Below are positions 1 through 9,345 of a stretch of DNA of 23,910 nt, piece by piece. The notes under the pieces are model-generated. The model ran no database searches, was not told the origin of the DNA, and saw only the letters and a program-made list of their open reading frames with translations. The DNA is from Oligoflexales bacterium (GTDB lineage Bacteria; Bdellovibrionota_B; Oligoflexia; Oligoflexales; RGVZ01), in contig JBIIGV010000038.1 of NCBI GenBank assembly GCA_044236265.1, positions 1 through 23,910 of the forward strand, written 5' to 3'. A program made the translations under genes and the position numbers. Each line of letters opens with the position of its first letter. The stretch's first letter is position 1.

Positions 1-1
1 T

Positions 2-562
2 CACGAAATGGATCTTCCGACGAAAGATAGGCCCGACAGCCAGGGCATCTGCTTTCTCGGTAAAATCAAATATAACGAATTCGTAAAATTTCACCTCGGG
101 GAACGTCCAGGCGAAATCAGGGAATGGGAAAGCGGAAAAAAACTCGGCAACCATCAGGGTTTTTGGTTTCACACCTACGGTCAGCGCAAGGGACTAAGGC
201 TGCACGGCGGTCCATGGTTTGTGGTCGATAAAGACTGCGACAAAAATATTGTCTACGTCTCTCACAGCGACTTGCTACAGGATCTGGCGAGAAGAGATTT
301 TATCGTTACTGACGTTAACTGGATGAGCAACACCCCGCAAAATTTGGAATTAAAGGTGAAAGTTCGTCATGGACCGAAAAAAGTGACCTGCCATCTAAAT
401 GCAATTAATGATGGCTCTTACTTAGTCAGCCTCAGCGAACCAGACCCCGGACTTGCTAATGGACAATTTGCCGTATTTTATGATGGTGACAACTGTTTGG
501 GCTCCGGGATGATCCGGTTGCTACCGGTTAAATCTCCCTCAACTGACACTCTACTTCACTAG
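2..562 (+). CDS. mnmA: tRNA 2-thiouridine(34) synthase MnmA, C-terminal part (5' truncated by window edge)
   Basis: DSQGICF motif, H-x-G-x-W-F-H-T-x-GQRKGL, KVRH and GQFAVFY...CLGSG are typical MnmA central and C-terminal motifs; the frame is open to the window start. Confidence 0.95.
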   Translation, partial: HEMDLPTKDRPDSQGICFLGKIKYNEFVKFHLGERPGEIREWESGKKLGNHQGFWFHTYGQRKGLRLHGGPWFVVDKDCDKNIVYVSHSDLLQDLARRDFIVTDVNWMSNTPQNLELKVKVRHGPKKVTCHLNAINDGSYLVSLSEPDPGLANGQFAVFYDGDNCLGSGMIRLLPVKSPSTDTLLH

Positions 563-564
563 GG

Positions 565-600
565 TAGACACAAGCATTTTCGCGCGTAACATGCTAAAAT
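565..600 (+). promoter_or_regulatory. possible sigma70 promoter of the ABC operon
   Basis: TAGACA (565-570) with TAACAT (587-592), or extended -10 TGcTAAAAT (592-600), about 70 nt upstream of ATG 670. Confidence 0.3.
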
Positions 601-669
601 CTTTCTTCTAAGCACAACTTGCACGGAGGCCTATCAGTCCTCCTTGTTGCATCGAGAGGAGAAAGGTTT

Positions 670-2544
670 ATGAAAGGTTTTGTGTCCGCGGCATGGATGG
701 CTTTACTAGGCTTCACACTCTATTCAAATGCAGCGTTGGCTCAAATCGGTGAAACAAACGCTCACGGACTCGCACTGGGAACCAAACCAATTTATGGACC
801 AGATCTTAAATTCAAATGGGTCAATGAAGCCGCCCCCAAAGGTGGTCGTGTTGTTCTTGGGACAATCGGCACGTTCGACTCTCTTAATCCGTTTGCGATA
901 AAGAGCTCGGCCGATGGTCTTCTTTATGGAATCGATGGCAGCGGAGCCGTCTTCGAAAACCTCCATATGAGATCCCTTGGGGAGGCCTTCACAACTTACA
1001 GCATGCTTGCCAAGGGTGTAGACGTGGCCAAAGATGGCATGTCTGTCACGTATTATCTTCATTCAGAAGCAAAATGGTCTGACGGCAAACCACTCACCGC
1101 TGATGACGTACTTTTCTCCTATAAAATTCTGACCACTGATAAAGCTCCACCACTGTTTCGCCTGTATTACGGTGACGTTAAAGGTGGACAGGTGATTGAC
1201 AAAACGACGATTAAATTCACCTTTAAGACATTTAATCGTGAGCTCCCATTAATCATGGGTGAGTTGCCAATTCTTCCAAAACATATTTACGGCGCCCCTG
1301 GTAAAGACTTTATCAAAGCCTATGTCAAACAAATGCCTGTAGGGAGTGGGCCATACATTGTCAAATCATACGAATTTGGAAAATACATCGAGTATGCACG
1401 TAACCCAAACTACTGGGGCAAGGACAAAGCCTTTAGTAAGGGCGCGTGGAACTTCGATACGATTTATGTCAAATACTACAAAGACCAAAATGCCATGATG
1501 GAAGGGTTTAAAGCTGGAGATTTCGATATCCGTCCAGAAAACTCTTCGAAGGCTTGGGCAGTGGATCATGCAGGTCCTAAGTGGGACAAAAAATGGATCA
1601 TGAAGGAGCTCTGGCCTCACAATCAAAATCAAGGTGGACAAGGATTTGTTTTCAACCTGCGCAAACCCATATTTCAAGACCGACTTACACGTAAAGCACT
1701 TTCAGTTGCTTTTGACTTTGATTGGGCAAACGAAACACTTTTTTACAAGCAATACACAGTCTCCACATCCTTTTTCAACAATAGCGAGTTCAACGCAAAA
1801 GGACTGCCTGATGCGAAAGAATTAGCTCTTTTAAATCCACTCAAAGACAAATTGCCGGCAGAAGTTTTCACCGAAGCCAAGGACGCTCTTGGGAAAGGCT
1901 TGACCGGAAAACGGCGCCTTGCCGAGGCATTAAATCTTCTGAAGCAAGCTGGCTGGGAGCTTAAAGACGGCGTTCAGACCAACAAGAAAGGCGAAAAACT
2001 TACGTTTACGTTCCTTCTTGACTCCCCAGTGATGGGCCGCGTTGTTGAGCCCTACATTGCACAACTTGAAAAAATTGGCATCAAGGTCAATTTAAAAACT
2101 GAAGATCCCGCAAATTACGTCAAGCGCGTTGAGAAATGGGATTTCGATGTGATCAGCATGGCGTTTGGTCAAAGCGAATCTCCGGGTAACGAACAACGCG
2201 ACTACTGGCACAGCAAAGCAGCATCCCAATCAGAAAGTCGTAACTTCATGGGACTTAAAGATCCCGCCGTTGACGCACTCGTAGAGAAAGTCATCGCTGC
2301 TAAAAACCGTGAAGAACTTGTAATCACGACGAGAGCCTTGGACCGAGTTCTTTGGAATCTGCACATCATGGTTCCTAACTGGTACATGGCAGCTCACCGC
2401 GTTTCGTGGTGGAACAAGTTTGGACAGACCGGAGAAAAGCCCCTTCAGTATTCGCCAACTGAGTTCATAGTTCGTTATGGCTGGTCCGATCAGAATAAAG
2501 AAACTGCGCTGCAGTCAGCCGTTAAAAACAACAAAAGTCTTTAA
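670..2544 (+). CDS. yejA: peptide ABC transporter substrate-binding protein (SBP family 5, YejA-like)
   Basis: ATG 670 after GAGGAGAAAGG; signal peptide ending ALA; APKGG, GTFDSLNPF, SPGNEQRDYWHS and RALDRVL motifs of YejA-like proteins. Confidence 0.88.
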   Translation: MKGFVSAAWMALLGFTLYSNAALAQIGETNAHGLALGTKPIYGPDLKFKWVNEAAPKGGRVVLGTIGTFDSLNPFAIKSSADGLLYGIDGSGAVFENLHMRSLGEAFTTYSMLAKGVDVAKDGMSVTYYLHSEAKWSDGKPLTADDVLFSYKILTTDKAPPLFRLYYGDVKGGQVIDKTTIKFTFKTFNRELPLIMGELPILPKHIYGAPGKDFIKAYVKQMPVGSGPYIVKSYEFGKYIEYARNPNYWGKDKAFSKGAWNFDTIYVKYYKDQNAMMEGFKAGDFDIRPENSSKAWAVDHAGPKWDKKWIMKELWPHNQNQGGQGFVFNLRKPIFQDRLTRKALSVAFDFDWANETLFYKQYTVSTSFFNNSEFNAKGLPDAKELALLNPLKDKLPAEVFTEAKDALGKGLTGKRRLAEALNLLKQAGWELKDGVQTNKKGEKLTFTFLLDSPVMGRVVEPYIAQLEKIGIKVNLKTEDPANYVKRVEKWDFDVISMAFGQSESPGNEQRDYWHSKAASQSESRNFMGLKDPAVDALVEKVIAAKNREELVITTRALDRVLWNLHIMVPNWYMAAHRVSWWNKFGQTGEKPLQYSPTEFIVRYGWSDQNKETALQSAVKNNKSL

Positions 2545-2571
2545 GGCACATGTGCTAACGCAAGGACTGTC

Positions 2572-3615
2572 ATGCTGACTTACATCTTTCGCCGCCTTTT
2601 ACTGCTCGTTCCTACGATCATGGGAATTGTGATCGTCTGTTTTGCTCTGATGCAAGTGGTCCCGGGCGGTCCTGTTGAATTAGCAATTCAGCAACTGAGA
2701 GGACAGCACTCCAGTGAGTCGGGAGGAGGTGGGGGAAATTCTTCGCGCAACGTCATCAGACCGGAGCAAATTGAGGAATTGAAGAAACAGTATGGTTTTG
2801 ACAAGCCGGTCGGAGAGCGGTTAGCAAGCACGGTCGTGAGTCTCTTCACATTCGACTTTGGACAGTCGTTTAATTATCACGAGAACGTTATTGAGCTGAT
2901 CAAAAAGCGACTTCCTGTTTCATTAACACTGGGCATCCCAAGCCTTATTCTCACATACTTGATCTGTATTCCCCTTGGAATCGCCAAAGCAAGGCGCCCA
3001 TGGAGTCGATTTGATACGTCAACGACCGTTGCACTTATGGTTGCCAGCAGCATTCCGAGCTTTGTCATGGGCATCTTGCTGCTAGTTCTTTTCGGCGGAG
3101 GCTCGTTTTTAAGCTGGTTCCCTATCCGAGGACTTACCAGTGATGGTTTTGAATCTTTTAGCACAATTGAAAAAATAAAAGACTACATCTGGCACATGGC
3201 TCTACCTGTATTCACATACACGTTTGCCGGTTTTGCTGGTCTAACAATTCTAACCCGTAACTGGTTTCTAGATGAATTACAGCAACTTTATGTACAAACA
3301 GCTATGGCCAAAGGTGCCAGCGAAAAGACAATTCTGTACAAACATGTATTTCGTAACGCCATGATCTTGGTGATTGCCGGACTTCCCGCGGCATGCTTTA
3401 GCGTCTTCTTTGCGGGCAGCATTTTTGTGGAGCAAATTTTCTCTCTGGATGGCATCGGACTTTTAACCTGGGAAGCCACAACGCGGAGAGATTATCCGGT
3501 GGTTATGGGCATGCTTTTCATCACATCTTTACTCGGACTCTTGCTAAAAATTATGTCTGATCTCATTCTGGTTTTGGTTGACCCAAGAATCAGTCTTGAT
3601 GCAAACCGGTCCTAG
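2572..3615 (+). CDS. yejB: peptide ABC transporter permease (YejB/DppB-like)
   Basis: YIFRRLLL, VPGGPVE, YGFDKP, EAA-loop TAMAKG, RDYPVV; multiple TM segments. Confidence 0.9.
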   Translation: MLTYIFRRLLLLVPTIMGIVIVCFALMQVVPGGPVELAIQQLRGQHSSESGGGGGNSSRNVIRPEQIEELKKQYGFDKPVGERLASTVVSLFTFDFGQSFNYHENVIELIKKRLPVSLTLGIPSLILTYLICIPLGIAKARRPWSRFDTSTTVALMVASSIPSFVMGILLLVLFGGGSFLSWFPIRGLTSDGFESFSTIEKIKDYIWHMALPVFTYTFAGFAGLTILTRNWFLDELQQLYVQTAMAKGASEKTILYKHVFRNAMILVIAGLPAACFSVFFAGSIFVEQIFSLDGIGLLTWEATTRRDYPVVMGMLFITSLLGLLLKIMSDLILVLVDPRISLDANRS

Positions 3616-3628
3616 GCGAGGAAGGGTC

Positions 3629-4675
3629 ATGACGCTCGGAAAACCTAAACATCGAATCTCACCGGAAACACGACGTAAGCTTCTCGCTTTTAAACGCCAA
3701 CGGATGGGCTACTACTCCTCGATCGTTTTACTGATATTAATCGTCATTTCGATGGCTTCTGAAGTGATCTCAAATAGTCAGCCACTTGTGGTTCGTTATC
3801 AAGGTCAATGGTTCTATCCAATTGTTCACACCTATAGCGATAAGACTTTTGGGGGAATCTTTGATACACCCGCTGATTATCATGACCCAGACACGAAGAA
3901 GGAGCTATCCGCTGAAGGCAATTTTGCCATCTGGCCCATCAACCGCTGGGACTATAAAACAATCAACCCAAATCCTGGTCTTCAGCACCCAAGTCCCCCG
4001 TCCTCTGAAAACTTCCTCGGCACCGATGATCGAGGACGAGACCTCCTCGCAAGACTACTCTACGGTATTAGAATTTCAGTAGGCTTTGGTGTCGCTGGCG
4101 TGCTTATCTATACAATTATTGGAATCATCATTGGAGCGATTCAAGGGTACTTTGGTGGCTGGGTCGACATGCTTATTCAGCGTGTCATAGAGATCTGGGA
4201 CTCACTGCCCTACATTTATATGCTGATTATTTTGGCCTCCCTGTTCGAGCCAGGCCTGGGAATTCTACTTCTATTACTCGCACTCTTTAATTGGACAAGA
4301 GTTCAAGATTACGTACGTATCGATTTTTTTAAGGCTCGCAATTTGGACTATGTAAAAGCTGCAAAAGCACTTGGTGTCAGTGATGTTGGCATCATGATGA
4401 GACACATACTTCCAAATGCGCTCACAAACATTATAATCAGGATTCCATTCGCCGTAATTGGCACCATCGAAGCACTTGTGTCCTTGGACTACCTTGGTTT
4501 TGGTGTACAAAGTCCGACACCGAGCATTGGTGAACTTTTCAAGCAGGCTCAATCACATCTCGACGCGTGGTGGTTGTTATTGTTTACAGGTGGAACCCTC
4601 CTTGTCTTAACCCTCTTGGTAACCAATATTGGCTTTACCATTCTTGACACCCTTGATCCGAGACGAAACGGATGA
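3629..4675 (+). CDS. yejE: peptide ABC transporter permease (YejE/DppC-like)
   Basis: LGTDDRGRD, QGYFGG, DYVKAAKALG, RHILPN; ATG 3629 after GAGGAAGG preferred over TTG 3578. Confidence 0.9.
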   Translation: MTLGKPKHRISPETRRKLLAFKRQRMGYYSSIVLLILIVISMASEVISNSQPLVVRYQGQWFYPIVHTYSDKTFGGIFDTPADYHDPDTKKELSAEGNFAIWPINRWDYKTINPNPGLQHPSPPSSENFLGTDDRGRDLLARLLYGIRISVGFGVAGVLIYTIIGIIIGAIQGYFGGWVDMLIQRVIEIWDSLPYIYMLIILASLFEPGLGILLLLLALFNWTRVQDYVRIDFFKARNLDYVKAAKALGVSDVGIMMRHILPNALTNIIIRIPFAVIGTIEALVSLDYLGFGVQSPTPSIGELFKQAQSHLDAWWLLLFTGGTLLVLTLLVTNIGFTILDTLDPRRNG

Positions 4676-6726
4676 GACAGAACCCGATGATACTGAAAGT
4701 TGACAATCTGCGGACATGGTTTGAGACAACGGCTGGAAAAGCTAAAGCTGTTGACGGTGTATCCTTTGACTTAGAAAAAGGCCGAACACTGGCGGTGGTT
4801 GGAGAATCTGGATGCGGTAAGACCGTCCTGGCGACAACTATCATGCGACTGTTTCGCAGGCCAGGAGTCTCTCACCCTTCAGGGCAGGTGCTTTATAACA
4901 ATCTTAATCTTTTAGACCTGTCACCAATTGAAATGGAAGCCATTCGCGGTCGCCATATTGCCATGATCTTTCAAGAACCCATGGCTGCGCTCAATCCAGT
5001 CTGGACTGTGAGAGATCAAATCGCGGAACCCATGATTCGGCACTTAAAGGCCGGCAAGGATTCCGCTTATCGTCGAGCTCTTGAGCTTTTAGAAGAGCTG
5101 GGCGTCCCCTCGCCGGACCGCGTGATGACGACCTGGCCTCATACATTATCCGGAGGCATGCGTCAGCGTGTAGCGATCGCCATGGCTCTAGCTTGTAAGC
5201 CTGACATCCTGATCGCCGATGAGCCGACCACAGCACTTGATGTCACTGTTCAGGCCCAGATCTTAAGACTGATTCGCGATATGCAAAAATCTCTTGGTAT
5301 GGCTACCATTCTCATAACACATGATCTCGGTGTGGTTAACGAGGTGGCCGATGACGTCATGGTGATGTACTCGGGACGCGTCATCGAGAAAGGTCTAACA
5401 AAGGATGTCTTGTTTAGCCCAAAACATCCTTACACAGAGAAACTTCTAGCAGCTGTTCCAGTAATTTCTGGTGACCGTAAAGTATTGGCCTCGATTGAAG
5501 GGCAAGTGAAACCGGCCACAGCATTTGTGGATGGATGCCGATTTGCCGATCGATGTGGTGATGCAGGACCTCGCTGCCATGAGTCCACAGCACCAGATCT
5601 TTATTCTTCTGGGGTTCAGCAAGTCGCTTGCTTCAAGTACGACAGCAAAAACCCGCTCAAAACGACCGCACAGAAAAAATCGGCAGAGCACGTCTCTGCA
5701 AAGAAAAAACCGCCCACCATGGGAAAGCCTATTCTTGATCTGAAGCAATTGAAAACCTGGTTCCCTGTTCAGGCTGGGATATTCAGAAGCGTTGTTGGAC
5801 ACGTGAAGGCCGTTGATGACATCTCTTTAAAAATTTACCCTGGGCAAACGCTTGCACTGGTAGGGGAGTCAGGATGCGGGAAGTCAACACTCGGTCAGAC
5901 GATCTTACGTCTGATCGATGCCACATCGGGCGAAGCGATTCTTAGCACCGACTCCGAATTGACCGATATCCTCAAGACTGACCGAACGCACTTGCGAGCC
6001 CTACGCAAAGAAATGCAGATCATATTTCAGGATCCTTTTGCCTCGTTAAATCCAAGATTCTCGGTTCGAGAAATTATTGATGAGGGTTTGAAGATTCATG
6101 CACCGAGTCTAGGCCCAGATGAACGTGAGAAACGAATTGGCGACACGCTCGAAGAAGTCGGATTGCCACGTGACACGATGTATCGTTATCCTCACGAATT
6201 TAGTGGCGGCCAACGTCAGAGGATCGCCATCGCCCGCGCTATTATCTTAAAACCGAAGCTTCTGATTTTGGACGAAGCCACCAGTGCTCTCGATGTATCG
6301 ATCCAAGCCCAAGTGCTTAATCTCTTGCAAGAGCTGCAACAAAAACTTGGTCTTGCATACATCTTTATCACCCACAACTTGGGCGTTGTGCGCTACATCG
6401 CCGATCATGTGGCCGTCATGTACCTTGGTAAAATAGTTGAGTTTGGCGCAGCCGATGACATCCTCCATAAGCCATCTCACCCCTATACCCAAAAACTCAT
6501 CGCAAGTGTCCCAGAAATAAAAATAGGAGCCGAACTCCCGGAACCTCTGGAAGGGGACGTTCCATCTCCAGTGAAGCCACCTTCGGGCTGCACCTTTCAT
6601 CCACGCTGCCCATTAAGGAAGTCCAAAGATTCCCGTGGCGAAAATGTTGTCTCCTGCTCGGCCCAAGCTCCAGACCTTCGACCTTCCAGTGGTGACTCTG
6701 CGTTGGTTCGCTGCCATTTCGCCTAG
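4672..6726 (+). CDS. fused dual-domain peptide ABC transporter ATP-binding protein (DppD+DppF/YejF-like)
   Basis: Two Walker A motifs (GESGCGKT, GESGCGKS), signatures LSGGMRQR and FSGGQRQR, two HPYT C-terminal domains; ATGA overlap with the upstream stop. Confidence 0.93.
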   Translation: MRQNPMILKVDNLRTWFETTAGKAKAVDGVSFDLEKGRTLAVVGESGCGKTVLATTIMRLFRRPGVSHPSGQVLYNNLNLLDLSPIEMEAIRGRHIAMIFQEPMAALNPVWTVRDQIAEPMIRHLKAGKDSAYRRALELLEELGVPSPDRVMTTWPHTLSGGMRQRVAIAMALACKPDILIADEPTTALDVTVQAQILRLIRDMQKSLGMATILITHDLGVVNEVADDVMVMYSGRVIEKGLTKDVLFSPKHPYTEKLLAAVPVISGDRKVLASIEGQVKPATAFVDGCRFADRCGDAGPRCHESTAPDLYSSGVQQVACFKYDSKNPLKTTAQKKSAEHVSAKKKPPTMGKPILDLKQLKTWFPVQAGIFRSVVGHVKAVDDISLKIYPGQTLALVGESGCGKSTLGQTILRLIDATSGEAILSTDSELTDILKTDRTHLRALRKEMQIIFQDPFASLNPRFSVREIIDEGLKIHAPSLGPDEREKRIGDTLEEVGLPRDTMYRYPHEFSGGQRQRIAIARAIILKPKLLILDEATSALDVSIQAQVLNLLQELQQKLGLAYIFITHNLGVVRYIADHVAVMYLGKIVEFGAADDILHKPSHPYTQKLIASVPEIKIGAELPEPLEGDVPSPVKPPSGCTFHPRCPLRKSKDSRGENVVSCSAQAPDLRPSSGDSALVRCHFA

Positions 6727-6735
6727 GAAAACCGA

Positions 6736-9132
6736 CTAACTAGGCATTACAGTGACCGCACCAGGAAGGGCCGCCGACGATGCTGTGGCAGGGAAAAACG
6801 CATCATGAATCCCCAAGGCAACCTCTAGCACCTGACTGATATTTTCAACCAACGTGATGGTCATCTGTGACAAAACCTCCGACGGAACATCTGCCAGATC
6901 TTTCTCATTTCGCTTCGGAATCAATACGTGCTCCACACCAGATCGATGCGCTGCCAAAATCTTTTCTTTAATACCACCAACGGGAGTTACTTGGCCCCGC
7001 AGTGTCACTTCTCCTGTCATGGCTAGCTTCGGATTAACCCTAAATCCAGTCAGTAATGAAGCCAAAGCGGTGAGCATCGTCACGCCTGCACTCGGACCAT
7101 CTTTTGGAATCGCCCCTGAAGGCACATGGATATGAAGATCACGTTTATCGAAGTCCGTCACCTTAAGAAAAACGGCTAAGTTGCTTCTCACTAAGCTAAG
7201 AGCAATCTGAGCTGACTCCTTCATCACATCACCAAGCTGTCCTGTAAGAATCAAACGTCCACTACCAGCCATCTGTGCTGCTTCAACAAATAACACATCA
7301 CCGCCAACTGGCGTCCAAGCAAGACCCGTCACGACTCCCGGGGGGACAATCCGATCTGTCTCCTCATATTCGTAGCGTTCAGGCCCAAGAGCCTCACGCA
7401 CCCGATCGCCTGTGATAACCAAACTTTCGTAGGTTGCGTCTGCGATCTTTTCCGCCGCATAGCGGCAAATGGTCTGAATCTGCCTTTGAAGACCCCGAAC
7501 ACCAGCTTCTCTAGTGTAGGACTGAATGACTTTCAGAAGAGACGAGTCAGTAAATGAGACCTGCTCTGACGTAAGACCGTGCTCCCCTAACTGCTTTGGC
7601 ACTAAGTGGTCACGAGCAATAGCAAGCTTTTCTGCCGTTATGTAGCCTGAAAGCTCGATGATTTCCATACGGTCCAATAATGGACCAGGAATCGAATCTA
7701 ACGTGTTCGCTGTGGCAATGAAAAACACATCACTTAAGTCAAAGGGAACATCCAGATAATGATCCGTGAACTCCCTATTCTGCTCGGGATCAAGAACCTC
7801 CAGCAAAGCTGCCGCCGGATCTCCTGTGTAACCGCGACCTAATTTATCTATCTCATCGAGTAGAAAAACAGGATTTTTCACACCAACACGCTTGATTGAC
7901 TGAATGATACGACCTGGCATTGCACCAATATAGGTTTTCCGGTGTCCACGAATCTCGGCATCGTCACGCACACCACCCAAAGCTGTGCGAATAAACTTTC
8001 GCCCTAGGGCTTTAGCAATGCTCTCACCCAGAGACGTTTTCCCAACCCCTGGCGGACCGACAAATAAAATGATGGAACCGCGTTTATCTTTCTTCAGCTT
8101 CATCACAGCCAGATGCTGTACAATCCGCTTTTTGATCTTTTCTAATCCATAGTGATCGGCATTCAAGACATCCCTCGCATGCCCCAAATCCAATTGATCC
8201 TCGGTTGAGATGTTCCATGGCATTGCCAGGAGCAAATCTAGATAATTACGAATCACATGAGTTTCTGGACTACTTGGTCCGATGGAATCAAGGCGCTTTG
8301 CCTCGTCCATAGCTACCGCACGAACAGACTCCGGCAGATTAGCCTCATTGATCCTACGAATGTAATCTTCATCGGCGTCACTCTTGGTATCACCAAGCTC
8401 GTCTCGGATTGTTTTGATCTGTTCTCGAAGAATGGCTTCACGCTGATGTTTACCAATCTTCTCATTTAGCTTGTTGCGAACATCAACCTGGATTTCCAAT
8501 GTCTTCTTTTGGTCTGCCATTAGCTCCAATACAGTCAAAGCTCGCTGCTTGAAACTATCGATTTCCAGTATTTCCTGACGCTTAGCCAGAGAAACATCCA
8601 AATTTTCAATCATGATCGGCATAAACGCATCGAGATCATCGACAGCATCTAGTAAGGCTTCGAGGTGCGAGGTATCACCAGGAATGAGAGCTAATATTTC
8701 TTTGGCAAGAATTTTTGCGTTCGCCAGCAACGCCTTTCCAGTCGCCGGATCACAATCATCGAGCTCTTCAGCGGCAATAAACGCAGCAGAAAGATACGCG
8801 GCATCATCAGTAAGGTCAGAGAGGGTCACGCGCTCAAGCCCCGTAACCACGAGCTGAAACCCCTTTTTGGAGTCACCCACCTTTTTATCGATTCTGGCTA
8901 AAACGCCAGTAAGGTAGGTTTCATCCTTATGGACTTTCGAGCCATCCCCAGTCTCAACACGCTGCGCAACAATGATGACGCGGTTATCAAACAACTCAGT
9001 GGCCGCGTTTACTGCCGCCACACTTTGGGGGCGGTTGATAACCAAAGGAACCGTACGGCCGCGAAATAACACATAATTTCTTGTGACAATGACCGGTATA
9101 CGGCCGGGTTTTTCCTTCAGCTTGGCATCCAT
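6736..9132 (-). CDS. lon: ATP-dependent protease La (Lon)
   Basis: GPPGVGKT, LLDEIDK, PKDGPSAG (catalytic Ser), IKEK (Lys). Start placed at ATG 9132 after SD AAAGGTGG; the ORF-track TTG at 9216 coincides with the -35 box. Confidence 0.96.
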   Translation of the reverse strand: MDAKLKEKPGRIPVIVTRNYVLFRGRTVPLVINRPQSVAAVNAATELFDNRVIIVAQRVETGDGSKVHKDETYLTGVLARIDKKVGDSKKGFQLVVTGLERVTLSDLTDDAAYLSAAFIAAEELDDCDPATGKALLANAKILAKEILALIPGDTSHLEALLDAVDDLDAFMPIMIENLDVSLAKRQEILEIDSFKQRALTVLELMADQKKTLEIQVDVRNKLNEKIGKHQREAILREQIKTIRDELGDTKSDADEDYIRRINEANLPESVRAVAMDEAKRLDSIGPSSPETHVIRNYLDLLLAMPWNISTEDQLDLGHARDVLNADHYGLEKIKKRIVQHLAVMKLKKDKRGSIILFVGPPGVGKTSLGESIAKALGRKFIRTALGGVRDDAEIRGHRKTYIGAMPGRIIQSIKRVGVKNPVFLLDEIDKLGRGYTGDPAAALLEVLDPEQNREFTDHYLDVPFDLSDVFFIATANTLDSIPGPLLDRMEIIELSGYITAEKLAIARDHLVPKQLGEHGLTSEQVSFTDSSLLKVIQSYTREAGVRGLQRQIQTICRYAAEKIADATYESLVITGDRVREALGPERYEYEETDRIVPPGVVTGLAWTPVGGDVLFVEAAQMAGSGRLILTGQLGDVMKESAQIALSLVRSNLAVFLKVTDFDKRDLHIHVPSGAIPKDGPSAGVTMLTALASLLTGFRVNPKLAMTGEVTLRGQVTPVGGIKEKILAAHRSGVEHVLIPKRNEKDLADVPSEVLSQMTITLVENISQVLEVALGIHDAFFPATASSAALPGAVTVMPS

Positions 9133-9159
9133 GACTATATCCACCTTTCGTAGAAAAAC

Positions 9160-9184
9160 TATGAGCGAGTCCAATTCGCTCATA
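9160..9184 (-). other. stem-loop/inverted repeat at the predicted 5' end of the lon transcript
   Basis: TATGAGCGA-N7-TCGCTCATA perfect 9-bp arms, followed on the - strand by GTTTTTCT and then the SD. Confidence 0.6.
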
Positions 9185-9189
9185 ACGCA

Positions 9190-9217
9190 ATATGGGGCCG
9201 AATCGACCTCTGTCAAG
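9190..9217 (-). promoter_or_regulatory. sigma32 (RpoH)-type heat-shock promoter of lon
   Basis: - strand CTTGACA-N13-CCCCATAT versus consensus CTTGAA-N13/14-CCCCATNT; lon is a classical sigma32 target. Confidence 0.75.
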
Positions 9218-9256
9218 GTCGGGGCAACCTGGTGAAAATGTCCAAATATTTATGTT

Positions 9257-9285
9257 TTGCAGGATGCCTCAAATTTTGCCATAAT
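9257..9285 (+). promoter_or_regulatory. sigma70-type promoter of the MTHFR gene
   Basis: TTGCAG-N17-CATAAT with extended TG, followed by a GC-rich discriminator CCGCCGCCCC. Confidence 0.55.
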
Positions 9286-9345
9286 CCGCCGCCCCTTGTG
9301 CCCTTAATATGTGAGACTTAGAACCAATAGTTGGACTTTTGGATC

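Noticed and set aside
9133..9216. N-terminal extension of Lon from TTG 9216
   Set aside because: That TTG is the -35 box of the sigma32-like promoter, and ATG 9132 has a good SD
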